From assembly GCF_018389705.1 (NCBI RefSeq), contig NZ_CP065581.1, positions 1 through 32,000 of the forward strand: 32,000 nt of DNA, written 5' to 3'. Below the pieces are notes generated by a model. It saw only the letters and a program-made list of their open reading frames with translations, had not been told where the DNA came from and did no database searches. This document shows, one piece after another, positions 1-13,536 of the stretch. The stretch's first letter is position 1. Each line of letters begins with the position of its first letter. This DNA comes from Mycoplasma mycoides subsp. capri (GTDB taxonomy: Bacteria > Bacillota_I > Bacilli_A > Mycoplasmatales > Mycoplasmataceae). Both the position numbers and the translations under genes were made by a program.

Positions 1-1353
1 ATGAACGTAAACGATATTTTAAAAGAACTTAAACTAAGTTTAATGGCTAATAAAAATATTGATGAATCCGTGTATAACGACTATATAAAGACAATAAATA
101 TTCATAAAAAGGGGTTTTCTGATTATATTGTTGTTGTTAAATCACAATTTGGTTTGTTAGCTATAAAACAGTTTCGTCAAACTATTGAAAATGAGATAAA
201 AAATATTTTAAAAGAGCCTGTAAATATTAGTTTTACATACGAACAAGAATATAAAAAACAACTAGAAAAAGATGAACTAATTAATAAAGATCATTCTGAT
301 ATCATCACTAAAAAAGTTAAAAAAATTAATGAAAACACATTTGAAAATTTTGTAATCGGTGCAAGTAATGAACAAGCTTTTATAGCAGTTCAAACCGTAA
401 GTAAAAACCCTGGAATTTCTTATAATCCATTGTTTATTTATGGTGAATCTGGAATGGGAAAAACTCATTTACTAAAGGCTGCAAAAAACTATATTGAATC
501 TAATTTTTTTGATCTAAAAGTTAGTTATATGAGTGGTGATGAGTTTGCAAGAAAAGCAGTTGATATATTACAAAAAACTCATAAAGAGATTGAACAATTT
601 AAAAATGAAGTATGTCAAAATGATGTATTAATTATTGATGATGTTCAGTTTTTAAGTTATAAAGAAAAAACTAATGAAATATTTTTTACTATTTTTAATA
701 ACTTTATAGAAAATGATAAACAATTGTTTTTTTCAAGTGATAAATCTCCTGAATTATTAAATGGTTTTGATAATAGATTAATTACTAGATTTAATATGGG
801 GTTAAGTATTGCTATTCAAAAACTAGATAATAAAACAGCAACAGCTATCATTAAAAAAGAAATTAAAAATCAAAACATTAAATCAGAAGTAACTAGTGAA
901 GCAATTAATTTTATTTCTAATTATTATTCAGATGATGTTAGAAAAATTAAAGGAAGCGTTTCAAGATTAAACTTTTGATCTCAACAAAATCCAGAAGAAA
1001 AAATTATTACTATAGAAATAATTTCTGATCTATTTAGAGATATACCTACTTCAAAATTAGGTATTTTAAATGTTAAAAAAATTAAAGAAGTTGTTAGTGA
1101 AAAATATGGTATTTCAGTTAATGCTATTGATGGAAAGGCTAGAAGTAAGTCGATTGTAACAGCAAGACATATAGCAATGTTTTTAACAAAAGAGATTTTA
1201 AATCACACTTTAGCTCAAATTGGAGAAGAATTTGGTGGTAGGGATCACACAACAGTTATTAATGCTGAAAGAAAAATAGAAACAATGTTAAAAAAAGATA
1301 AGCAATTAAAAAAGACTGTTGATATTTTGAAGAACAAAATTTTAACAAAATAA
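1..1353 (+). CDS. dnaA: Chromosomal replication initiator protein DnaA (450 aa)
   Basis: Walker [10 protein letters not shown], Walker [11 protein letters not shown], and the DnaA C-terminal signature [14 protein letters not shown]. The in-frame TGA at about 976-978 is read as Trp (code 4); stop TAA 1351-1353. Confidence 0.99.
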
Positions 1354-1511
1354 TAAAAATAGCTATTTAAACCTAGGTTATTAACAGTTATCCACAAATT
1401 AACCTCATAATATTAATAATTTAGAAATAAATATTAGAAATAGTAATATATAACAAACCCAATTATTTTCTAAAATAAAGTAAAAACAATTTGTTTTTAA
1501 AAGGAGTAATT
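1354..1511. other. Putative oriC segment between dnaA and dnaN
   Basis: AT-rich dnaA-dnaN intergenic region containing a perfect DnaA box TTATCCACA at 1388-1396. The window starts exactly at dnaA, so a second origin segment upstream of dnaA cannot be examined. Confidence 0.7.
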
Positions 1512-2639
1512 ATGAATTTTTCAATAAATAGAATGATTTTATTAGATAATTTATCAAAAGCAGCTAAAGTAATTGATCCTAAAAACGTTAATCCTAGTTT
1601 AGCTGGTATTTATTTAAATGTTTTATCTGATCAAGTTCATATAATTGCAACTAGTGGAATTCTTTCATTTAAAAGTATTTTAAACAATCAAAATTCAGAT
1701 TTAGAAGTTAAACAAGAAGGTAAAGTTTTATTAAAACCTAAATTTGTTTTAGAAATGTTAAGAAGACTAGATGATGAATTTGTAGTGTTTTCAATGGTTG
1801 AAGATAATGAATTAATTATTAAAACTGATAATTCAGATTTTAGTATTGGAGTTTTAAATTCAGAAGATTATCCTTTAATTGGGTTTAGAGAAAAAGGAAT
1901 TGAATTTAATTTAAATCCTAAAGAAGTTAAAAAAACTATTTATCAAGTTTTTGTTTCAATGAATGAAAATAATAAAAAATTAATTCTTACAGGTTTAAAT
2001 TTAAAACTAAATAATAATCAAGCAATTTTTTCAACAACTGATTCATTTAGAATTAGTCAAAAAATTTTAGAAATTCAAAGTGATAATAATGAAGATATTG
2101 ACATAACAATTCCTTTTAAAACAGCTTTAGAATTACCTAAATTATTAGATAATGCTGAAAATTTAAAAATTATAATTGTTGAAGGATACATTACTTTTAT
2201 AATTGATAATGTTATTTTTCAATCTAATTTAATTGATGGAAGATTTCCAAATGTTCAAATTGCTTTTCCAACAAAATTTGAAACTATTATTACAGTAAAG
2301 CAAAAATCAATTTTAAAAGTTTTATCAAGATTTGATCTAGTAGCAGATGATGGTTTACCAGCAATTGTAAATATTAAAGTTAATGAAGATAAAATTGAGT
2401 TTAAGAGTTTTATTTCAGAAGTTGGAAAGTATGAAGAAGACTTTGATGATTTTGTAATTGAAGGAAATAAAAGTTTATCAATTAGTTTTAATACAAGATT
2501 TTTAATTGATGCAATTAAAACTTTAAGTGAAGATAGAATTGAATTAAAACTAATTAATTCAACTAAACCAATTGTGATTAATAATGTTTATGATGAACAC
2601 TTAAAACAAGTAATTCTTCCAACCTTTTTATCAAATTAG
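1512..2639 (+). CDS. dnaN: DNA polymerase III subunit beta, sliding clamp (375 aa)
   Basis: DnaN-like protein with AAGGAG RBS directly before ATG 1512, preferred over the TTG 1491 start in the ORF track. Lies downstream of dnaA. Confidence 0.97.
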   Translation: MNFSINRMILLDNLSKAAKVIDPKNVNPSLAGIYLNVLSDQVHIIATSGILSFKSILNNQNSDLEVKQEGKVLLKPKFVLEMLRRLDDEFVVFSMVEDNELIIKTDNSDFSIGVLNSEDYPLIGFREKGIEFNLNPKEVKKTIYQVFVSMNENNKKLILTGLNLKLNNNQAIFSTTDSFRISQKILEIQSDNNEDIDITIPFKTALELPKLLDNAENLKIIIVEGYITFIIDNVIFQSNLIDGRFPNVQIAFPTKFETIITVKQKSILKVLSRFDLVADDGLPAIVNIKVNEDKIEFKSFISEVGKYEEDFDDFVIEGNKSLSISFNTRFLIDAIKTLSEDRIELKLINSTKPIVINNVYDEHLKQVILPTFLSN

Positions 2640-2675
2640 TCCACTTAGTGGATTTTTCTTTTTAAAATAAGTATT

Positions 2676-3209
2676 ATGAGTAAAATTAAACAAATTATAA
2701 TTGTTGAAGGCAAAACAGATTCTGATAAATTAAAACATATTTATGGAAATGATTTAAAAACTATTCAAACAAAAGGGTTAAGTTTAAATAAAAAGACTTT
2801 AGAAATGATTAAAGAATTTAATAATAAAACAGGAGTAATTATTTTTACTGATCCAGATGGAGCTGGTAAAAAAATAAGACAAACTATTATAGATTATTTA
2901 GATAATAAAGTTTTAAATGCTTTTATTAATAAAAATGATATAAGTAAAACTAGTAAAAAAGTTGGAATTGCTGAAGCTAGTGATGATGCTATTAAAAAGG
3001 CTTTAGATAATCTAATTATTTATGATAAAAATAATGTTTCTTTAAGTTGAACTGATTATATAAACAATGATTTTTATTTAAAATCAAATAGAATAGTTAT
3101 TTGTAAATATTTTAATTTTGATAATAATATTAGTTCTAAAACTTTATTTAAATGATTAAACTGAATGAATGTTTCAATTGATGATATTAAAAAAATAATA
3201 GGTGAATAA
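2676..3209 (+). CDS. rnmV: Ribonuclease M5, TOPRIM domain (177 aa)
   Basis: TOPRIM motifs IIVEGKTD and IIFTDPDGAGKKIR. The gene continues through TGA at about 3048-3050 (Trp) to TAA 3207-3209, overlapping the rsmA ATG by 1 nt. Confidence 0.95.
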
Positions 3210-4009
3210 TGAAAGCTAAAAAATACTATGGACAAAACTTTATTTCAGATTTAAATTTAATTAATAGAATTGTTGATGTTTTAGATCAAAATAAAGATCA
3301 ATTAATTATTGAAATTGGTCCAGGAAAAGGTGCTTTAACTAAAGAGTTAGTTAAAAGATTTGATAAAGTTGTAGTTATTGAAATAGATAAAGATATGGTT
3401 GAAATTTTAAAGACCAAATTTAATCATTCAAATCTAGAAATTATTCAAGCTGATGTTTTAGAAATTGATTTAAAACAACTAATAAGTAAGTATGATTATA
3501 AAAACATAAGTATTATTTCAAATACACCTTATTATATAACTAGTGAAATTTTATTTAAAACTTTACAAATTAGTGATTTACTTACAAAAGCTGTTTTTAT
3601 GTTGCAAAAAGAAGTTGCTTTAAGAATTTGTAGTAATAAAAATGAAAATAATTATAATAACCTTTCTATTGCTTGCCAGTTTTATAGTCAAAGAAGCTTT
3701 GAGTTTGTAGTTAATAAAAAGATGTTTTATCCAATTCCTAAAGTTGATTCAGCAATTATTAGCTTAACTTTTAATGATATTTATAAAAAACAAGTTAATA
3801 ATGATGAAAAGTTTATTGACTTTGTTAGATTACTTTTTAATAATAAAAGAAAGACTATTTTAAATAACTTAAATAATATTATTCAAAACAAAAATAAAGC
3901 ATTAGAGTATTTAAATACGCTAAATATTAGTAGTAATTTAAGACCAGAACAACTAGATATCGACCAATATATAAAATTATTTAACCTAATCTATAATAGT
4001 AATTTTTAA
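3209..4009 (+). CDS. rsmA: 16S rRNA (adenine1518-N6/adenine1519-N6)-dimethyltransferase (266 aa)
   Basis: KsgA signature KKYYGQNFI...IIEIGPGKGALTKEL...SNTPYYITSEIL. Follows rnmV as in many Firmicutes and Mollicutes. Confidence 0.97.
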   Translation: MKAKKYYGQNFISDLNLINRIVDVLDQNKDQLIIEIGPGKGALTKELVKRFDKVVVIEIDKDMVEILKTKFNHSNLEIIQADVLEIDLKQLISKYDYKNISIISNTPYYITSEILFKTLQISDLLTKAVFMLQKEVALRICSNKNENNYNNLSIACQFYSQRSFEFVVNKKMFYPIPKVDSAIISLTFNDIYKKQVNNDEKFIDFVRLLFNNKRKTILNNLNNIIQNKNKALEYLNTLNISSNLRPEQLDIDQYIKLFNLIYNSNF

Positions 4010-4065
4010 ATTTATATAATCTAAATGTAAATATTTTAGATATTAAAAAATGAGAGGTTCATATT

Positions 4066-5157
4066 ATGATTAGAGATTTCAACAATCAAGAAGTAACCTT
4101 AGATGATCTAGAACAAAATAATAATAAAACTGATAAAAATAAACCTAAAGTTCAATTCTTAATGCGATTTTCTTTAGTTTTTTCAAACATTTCTACTCAT
4201 ATTTTTTTATTTGTCTTAATTGTTATTGCTAGTTTATTTTTTGGATTACGCTATACATATTACAATTACAAAGTAGACTTAATTACTAATGCTCATAAAA
4301 TAAAACCATCAATTCCTAAACTAAAAGAAGTTTATAAAGAAGCTTTACAAGTAGTTGAAGAAGTTAAAAGAGAAACTGATAAAAACTCAAGCGATAGCTT
4401 AATTAATAAAATTGATGAAATAAAAACAATTGTTAAAGAAGTAACTGAATTTGCTAATGAGTTTAATGATAGAAGTAAAAAAGTAGAACCAAAAGTTAAA
4501 GAAGTAATAGAAGATGAAAAACAAGTAACTACTCATTTAGAGCAAATCACTAAAGAAATTGAAACTTTAAAAAGTACAGGAAATGGAATTGCAAATAGAT
4601 TTAGAAGAAGTTTGGGATCTCCTTTTGGATTAGGAACTCTTGTAAATGGTGTAGACAATGATTTTAGATCTGTTAATGCATCTGTTACCAAAATTACCGA
4701 TTTAGCAAAGAAATTATCTGAAGAAGGTAAAAAAATAACTGCTAATGTTGAAACTATTAAAAAAGAAGTAGATTATTTTTCAAAAAGAAGTGAAATACCT
4801 TTAAGAGATATTGAAAAATTAAAAGAAATTTATAGACAAAAATTTCCTTTATTTGAAAGAAATAATAAAAGACTTCAAGAAATTTGAAGTAAATTGATGG
4901 GTATTTTTAACCAATTTACTGTAGAAAAAACTCAAAGTAATTACTATAACCATCTAATTTATATATTGTTATTCTTAATAATTGACTCAATAATTCTTCT
5001 AGTTCTTACTTATATGTCAATGATTAGTAAAACAATGAAAAAAATCTTATTATTCTACATATTTGGAATTTTAAGTTTTAATCCATTTGTGTGAGTTTCA
5101 GTAGTTATAAGTTTTCTTTCAAGACCTATAAAAAACAGAAAGAGAAAGTTTAGTTAA
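4066..5157 (+). CDS. Hypothetical membrane protein with central coiled-coil (363 aa)
   Basis: Single frame across two TGA(Trp) codons (4885-4887, 5092-5094), joining track ORFs 4066..4887 and 4894..5094. One N-terminal TM segment (THIFLFVLIVIASLFFGL), a long charged heptad-like region, and at least one C-terminal TM region (LIYILLFLIIDSIILLVLTYM). Stop TAA 5155-5157. Confidence 0.85.
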
Positions 5158-5372
5158 ATAGATTTTTAATAATAATATATTCTATTAAAAGTGTTAGTTT
5201 AATAAATTAAAAAATAGGTATTGTATTTTTATAGATTGTTGATATATTTAATATATGTAAAAAGATAAATAATTAGAGTTGGTGGTTATCTTTTTACATC
5301 GATACATTCATATTAGATGAACAAATCCCTTAATTCATAGAAATTTTTTCCAATTTTAAAAACTTTCTAATG

Positions 5373-5410
5373 CCCTATGTCAAGCAATTGATATAGGGTT
5401 TTATTTTGCT
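5373..5410 (+). terminator. Strong intrinsic terminator hairpin upstream of gyrB
   Basis: CCCTATGTCAA-GCAA-TTGATATAGGG (11-bp stem with one G-U, GNRA-type loop) followed by TTTTATTTTG. Lies 215 nt beyond the previous stop codon. Confidence 0.75.
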
Positions 5411-5515
5411 TTTTGAAACTAGACTTTTAGCTAAATTTAAATAGGTTTTTAAGGTATAATTATATTATTGTAAAAGAGCTTTTTATTATGCAAAATTGGT
5501 GAGAGGGTGGAATAA

Positions 5516-7420
<1,905 letters not shown>

Positions 7421-7435
7421 AAAGGTAGAAAAATT

Positions 7436-9940
7436 ATGAATAATGAAAATAACAACAATGATTCTTTAAATGAAAATCAAGATCATTATCATGGTAAAAT
7501 TTCTCCTATTGATATTTCAACAGAAGTTAGAAAAGATTTCTTAGAATATGCAATGAGTGTTATTGTAAGCCGTGCTTTACCTGATTTAAAAGATGGATTA
7601 AAACCAGTTCATAGACGTATTATTTATGCAATGAACGATTTAGGAATTACTTCAGATAAACCACACAAAAAATCTGCTCGTATAGTTGGAGAAGTAATTG
7701 GTAAGTACCACCCACATGGAGATAGTGCTGTTTATGAAACTATGGTAAGAATGGCTCAAGAGTTTTCTTATCGTTATCCTTTAATAGATGGTCATGGTAA
7801 CTTTGGTTCAATTGATGGTGATGGTGCAGCTGCAATGCGTTATACTGAAGCAAGATTAGCTAAAATATCAAATTATCTAATAAAAGATATTGATATGGAT
7901 ACAGTACCATTTATTGATAATTATGATGCTAGTGAACGTGAACCTGCTTATTTAACAGGTTATTTACCAAACCTTTTAGTTAATGGAACTATGGGTATTG
8001 CAGTTGGAATGGCAACTTCAATTCCACCACATAATTTAAAAGAAGTAGTTAGTGCTATTAATGCTTATATTGATAATAATGATATTACTATTGATGAAAT
8101 TTTAGACAATCATATTTTAGGTCCTGATTTTCCAACTGGTGCTTTAATGACTAATGGATCAAAAATGCGTGAAGGTTATAAAACAGGACGAGGTAGTGTT
8201 ATTATTAGAGCAAAAATTGATTTTGAAGAAAGTAAAAAACACGATAGATTTGTAGTTACTGAAATTCCATACCAAACTAATAAAGCTAAAATTATTGAAA
8301 AAATAGCTGAATTAGTTAAAGACAAAACTATTGAAGGTATTTTTGATATTAGAGATGAATCAAATTATGAAGGTATTAGAATCATTATTGAATTAAAAAA
8401 AGATGCTAATCCTGATGTTGTTTTATCTAAACTTTATAAATACACTGCTTTACAATCAAGTTTTTCAATTAATCTATTAACTTTAAATAATAATTTACCT
8501 GTTTTATTAGACTTAAAAACTATTATTAAAAACTATGTTGAGTTTCAAGTTAGTGTTATTATAAAACGTTCTATTTTTGAAAAAAATAAATTAACTAAGC
8601 GTTATCATATTTTAGAAGCTTTACATATTGCTTTAGATAATGTTGATGATGTAATTAATATTATTAAAAATTCTAAAACTAGTGAAGAAGCCAAAGTTCA
8701 ATTAACTAATAAATATAACTTTGATGAAGAACAAAATAAAGCTATTTTAGATATGCGTTTACAAAGATTAGTTGGTTTAGAAAGAGATAAAATCACTTTA
8801 GAAATGACTAATATAAAAGAACGTTTAACTTATTTAGATGTTTTAATTAATACAAAAGAAGAACAAGATAATGTTTTAAAAAATCAATTAAATGAAATAG
8901 CTGACAAGTTTGGAGATAATAGAAGAACAGAATTAATTGATGAAGAATTGATTAATATTGAAGATGAAGAATTGATTCCTGATCTAAAATGAATGATTCT
9001 ATTATCTCAAGAAGGTTATATTAGAAGAATTAATCCTGATGAGTTTAGAATTCAAAAACGCGGTGGACGTGGAGTTAGTGTTAATGCAGAACCAAGTGAT
9101 CCTATTGATATAGCAACAATGGGAAAAGCTAAGGATTGAGTATTATTTTTTACTAATTCAGGAAAAGTTTATAGAACTAAGTTATATAACATCAGAAGTT
9201 ATTCAAGAACAGCAAGAGGATTACCAATTGTTAACTTTTTAAATGACTTAACTAGTGAAGATAAAATTACAGCTATTTTACCTTTAAGAAACAATAAAGA
9301 AAAATTTAATTATTTAACTTTTGTTACTCAAAAAGGAATGATTAAAAGAACTAAAATTTCTGAATTTGAAAACATTAATAGAAATGGTAAAAAAGCAATT
9401 AATTTAAGAGATAATGATCAACTAGTTTCAGTATTTGCAACAACTGGACAAGATACTGTATTTATTGCTAATGAGTCTGGAAAAGTAATTAGAATTAAAG
9501 AAAGCGTAGTTAATCCACAATCTAGAGTTGGTGGAGGAGTTAAAGCATTAAAACTAGAAGATAATGATGTTGTAGTTGGAGCAATTAGTTCATTTAAATT
9601 AACTCATATTACTACTGTTTCAAATAAAGGTTTATTTAAAAAGACACCAATTGATGATTATAGAATTAGTGGAAGAAATGGTAAAGGTATAAAAGTAATG
9701 AACTTAAACCAAAGAACTGGTAAGTTCAAAGCTATTATTGGAGCTAGAGAAACTGATTTAATTATGATCATTTCAAGTGATGGTAACTTAATTAAAACAA
9801 AAGTTTCAAATATTCCTTCACTTTCAAGAAATGCTAGTGGAGTTAAAGCAATTAGATTAACAGATAATCAAGAAATCAATGCAATTACTTTAGAATATCG
9901 TAAACATGGTCTTGAAAATGAAGATTTTGAAGAAGACTAA
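7436..9940 (+). CDS. gyrA: DNA gyrase subunit A (834 aa)
   Basis: [26 protein letters not shown], active-site region [10 protein letters not shown], and C-terminal beta-pinwheel repeats. Joins track ORFs 7436..8992 and 9338..9940 through TGA Trp codons. Confidence 0.98.
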
Positions 9941-9949
9941 AATATAACA

Positions 9950-9977
9950 AAAAAATCGGGAAATCCCGATTTTTTAT
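9950..9977. terminator. Bidirectional intrinsic terminator between convergent gyrA and ABC permease gene
   Basis: AAAAAATCGGGAAATCCCGATTTTTT symmetric hairpin with A-tract and T-tract, between convergent stop codons (9940 plus strand, 9992 minus strand). Confidence 0.85.
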
Positions 9978-9991
9978 TATTAAATTTATAG

Positions 9992-10969
9992 CTATCTTTT
10001 TGCTTTATCAAAAGGTACACCAACTGCGGCTGGTGCTCTTGATGTCTTACTAAATGCAACCATAGCTAGTATTGTTAAAACAAATGGTAAAGTGTTAAAT
10101 AAAGTTGAAATTGCTTGAATTGTTTTATTTGTTGAAAGTGTTCCTATTTGTTGACCTAAAGCAAATAGTCATGAAAATATAATCGAACCAATTACAATAA
10201 AACTAATTCTTCATTGTCCAAATATCATAATTGCAATTCCTAAAAATCCATATCCTAACATATTTCCACTAAATAAACCACCACCACTAACTGCAGTTAC
10301 AACAAATACTCCACCACCAACTCCAGCTAAAAACCCTGATAATATTACTGCTAGATATCTATATTTAGTTACACTAATTCCAGCAGCGTCAATTGCATTA
10401 GGATTTTCACCAACCATTGCATATCTCATTCCTTGTTTTGTATATTTAAAAAATACAAATAAACCAATTGCTAGAATAATTGCAATAATTGTTCAAATTG
10501 GAAGCATACTTGCAACTTGTTGTGTTTTACCATTAACTACTTTAGTAATATTAATAACATCTATTGATGAATATCCGCTTGCAATAACTTGAGATTGTTT
10601 TCCAAATCAATTTGATGTTGATAAGAAAATTCCTAATCCTAAAGCTAAAATATTAATTGCTGTTCCTGAAATAATTTGATTTGCTTTTAATGTAATTGCT
10701 GGAAAAGCATGTAATAAAGCAAATACAGCTGTAATTACACCAGCCAATAAAACTATTGGAATTTGAGTATAATTACTCTTATTATCATTTGATGTAAGAT
10801 ATGTTCCTAAAATTGAAACAACAAGTGCTCCAATAATCATCATACCTTCAACTGCAATATTAACTACTCCTGCTTTTTCACTAACAAGTGATGATAAAGA
10901 AGCAAATAATAAGACACCAACCAAGGCTAATGCTCAAGTTAAAATACTAGTATTAAATAAAATTGTCAT
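9992..10969 (-). CDS. Nucleoside/sugar-type ABC transporter permease (BMP-NupQ-like, 325 aa)
   Basis: Multi-TM permease containing SSLVSEKAGVVNIAVEGMMIIGA...ITLKANQIISGTAINILA, typical of the second permease of BMP-type nucleoside ABC systems. ATG at 10969 with AAGGAG RBS, stop at 9992. Joins track ORFs through TGA Trp. Confidence 0.88.
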
Positions 10970-13536
10970 TATTTAGTCTCCTTTAACATTGTGTTTGTTA
11001 AATTTAGAATTTTTAAATTAGTTTGTTCTTTTAAAGACTTTTCTAAATTAAATAAATTTTCTAAATCAGCTAGATTTTTTCTTGGTGCTTTTTTTATTAT
11101 TTGTTCGTAGTTATTTTTTTCATCTTGTACAACTTGTTTAGCTTGACTAATTCATTGTTGATATTTATCAATTAGTTCTTGTTCTTCAACTCTTGTAATA
11201 ACATAACTAATTTGTTTTTTAAGATTAGTAATTAGTTTAAAAGTAGTTAAACTGATTTTTGATTTTTGTTTAATATGTTCTGGTGCATCATATTCACTAA
11301 TTATATTTTGTGTTAAAACTTCATCAATTTTAGATTTAATTTCTAAAGCATTTTTTAAAGTTTTTTGATTAGATTTAATTGCTTGTTTGTTAAGATTTAA
11401 ATCTAAATTATCTGTAATTAAAGTTTTTAAATCATTTAATAAGCTAACTGCTTTATTAACATCACTTTGAGAAAGATTCATATCAATTGCTTGTAAACGC
11501 TTTTGTTTTAATACGAGTGCAGCTTTTTTAGATTCTTTAAAGCGATCTTTTTCTTTATTTAAATAATTATTGTATTGATGTAAAATGTCTTGTAATTGAA
11601 CTTGTTCTTGTTTAACTATATTTTTTTGATTTTTATATTTATTTTTTTGTTCTAAAATTTTAGCATTAGCTTGTTTTTTTACAACTTTTATTTGTTCTTT
11701 AAGTTGCTTAATTTTTTCAAGTTTTTCAGAATTATTAGTTTGAGTTGAACTTTTATTTAAATTAGATATTTGTTTTTCTAATCTTAGTTCTGATTTAATG
11801 TTTTTGATTTGTTCTTTAAGTTGAGCAATAGTTTTTAGTTTGTTTGCTTTAATTTCAATAATATTGTTGTGAGAATCAAATTTATAAGTAATAATTCCTA
11901 TTTGACTTTCTTTAAAGACTTTAATTTGTTGAATTTTTAATCTATGTGTTTTTTTAGCTTGTTTGATGTTTGTTTGATATTCATTTAGAATGCTTGAAAT
12001 TATTTTTTGTATTTTATATTTGTGATCAGCTAGTTCTAAATCAAGATCGCGTAAATTTTGAATATATTTAGAAGCTAGTAAGTTAACTTGTTTATTTAAA
12101 TCATTTTTTAATCCATTAACATTAAGTGAATTTTTATCTTGATCAACAAATTTTTTAATTTCATCAATTTTAGATTTAACTAAATAAATTGATTGTTTTA
12201 AATCATTTTTTAATTCTATTTTAATGTTTTTTCTACCATTTCAAAATAGGTGAGGATTTGAAGTTTTATTTGTTATTTGATTTTGTTTAGTATAAATTTG
12301 ATATTTATTATTAACTTCTTGTTTGTATTCTTTTGTAAAAATTAAAAAGATTTTTTTAAGTCTTAGTTTAAAAGTATATAGTTTTAATTTTCAATAAATT
12401 TCTCTATTAACTTTTGAAGTATATAGATTGTATTTATTTTTTAGTAATTCTCAAGGTTTAAAAGCAATAAACACTGAAACAATAGCTGTAAAGTAAATTA
12501 AAATTCCAGAAATTAAACCACTAATTTGAGTTGAAATACTATAAAGAGATGAAATAGGACCACCACCAGTTTTAATAATTGCTCATAACCAACCAATAGC
12601 AATAATTCCTATTGGATTATTAAATGCAACTAGTGAAACTGCAATTGCATCAAATCCTAAAGTAGGTAAACTATTTGAAGCAAAGAAGTTGTTTGGAGAA
12701 ACTGTAAACATTGATAAAAATCCAGCTATTCCAGCAACAGCTCCAGATAAAGTTAGTGATGCTATGATTTGTCTTTTAACATTAATTCCAATATATTTTG
12801 ATCCTGTTATTGATGGTCCAACTGCTTTTAATTTAAACCCTAAAACTGTTTTTGAAAATAATATTCAAATAATAACTACACAAATTAAAGCAATTAATAA
12901 AGGAATAATTACTGTATTTGATCCAATACTTAATTGGTCTGATGGAATATTTTTTGAAGTATAAGATAATCCTGAAGAAAAATCTTGATATCTTCCAAAA
13001 AATCATTTAAATATATAAAACACTGATCAGTTTAATAATATAGTTGAAACAACTTCATGTATGTTAAATAAAGCTTTTAATATACCTGCAATAAAAGCAA
13101 TAAATGCAGCTGATATTATACAAGTTATTAACATTAAAATAATCATAAATGGAGTTATAGAACTAGCATCTTTTCCACTTATAGAAAAAAATACAATTGT
13201 AGCAACACTTGTTGCAGTTAGTATTTGACCTGATGCTCCAATATTAAACACTCCTGCTTTAAAAGCAATTGCCATTGATAATCCAGCAACAATATATACA
13301 GCCATTCAGTTTAAACTAATTTGATAAAAGTTCTTATCAAAATTAATTCCAAATAAAAGTGCAAAATATGTAAATGGATTAATATTTAAAAATGATAAGA
13401 AAATACCTGAAACTATAAACCCAACAATAATTGAAAAAATAGAACCTTTAATGTATTTTAGTTTAGTTTTTGTAGAATCTGAACCAAATAAATATTTAGA
13501 TTTTTTAGATAATGTTCAAAATATTTTAGATTGCAT
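10969..13536 (-). CDS. Nucleoside/sugar-type ABC transporter permease (NupP-like) with ~490 aa coiled-coil C-terminal extension (855 aa)
   Basis: N-terminal ~360 aa is a permease (SMAIAFKAGVFNIGASGQILTATSVA..., FKLKAVGPSITGSKYIGINVKR). The remainder is Lys/Glu/Gln-rich helical sequence in the same frame. Frame phase checked across segments 13305, 11481 and 10969. The stop overlaps the next ATG (TAATG). Confidence 0.88.

Noticed and set aside
277-468. Minus-strand 63-aa ORF inside dnaA
   Set aside because: Antisense to a well-supported gene, with no recognisable domain or RBS support.
4894-5094. Separate 66-aa ORF after the membrane protein
   Set aside because: Same frame as the 4066 ORF, separated only by a TGA; it is the C-terminal part of that protein.
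5157-5372. Possible tRNA in the gap before gyrB
   Set aside because: No cloverleaf with TpsiC arm and acceptor pairing could be recognised by eye. Retained only as a generic ncRNA candidate.
12689-12964. Plus-strand 91-aa ORF antisense to the ABC permease
   Set aside because: Lies wholly antisense to a conserved permease region. A fortuitous shadow ORF.
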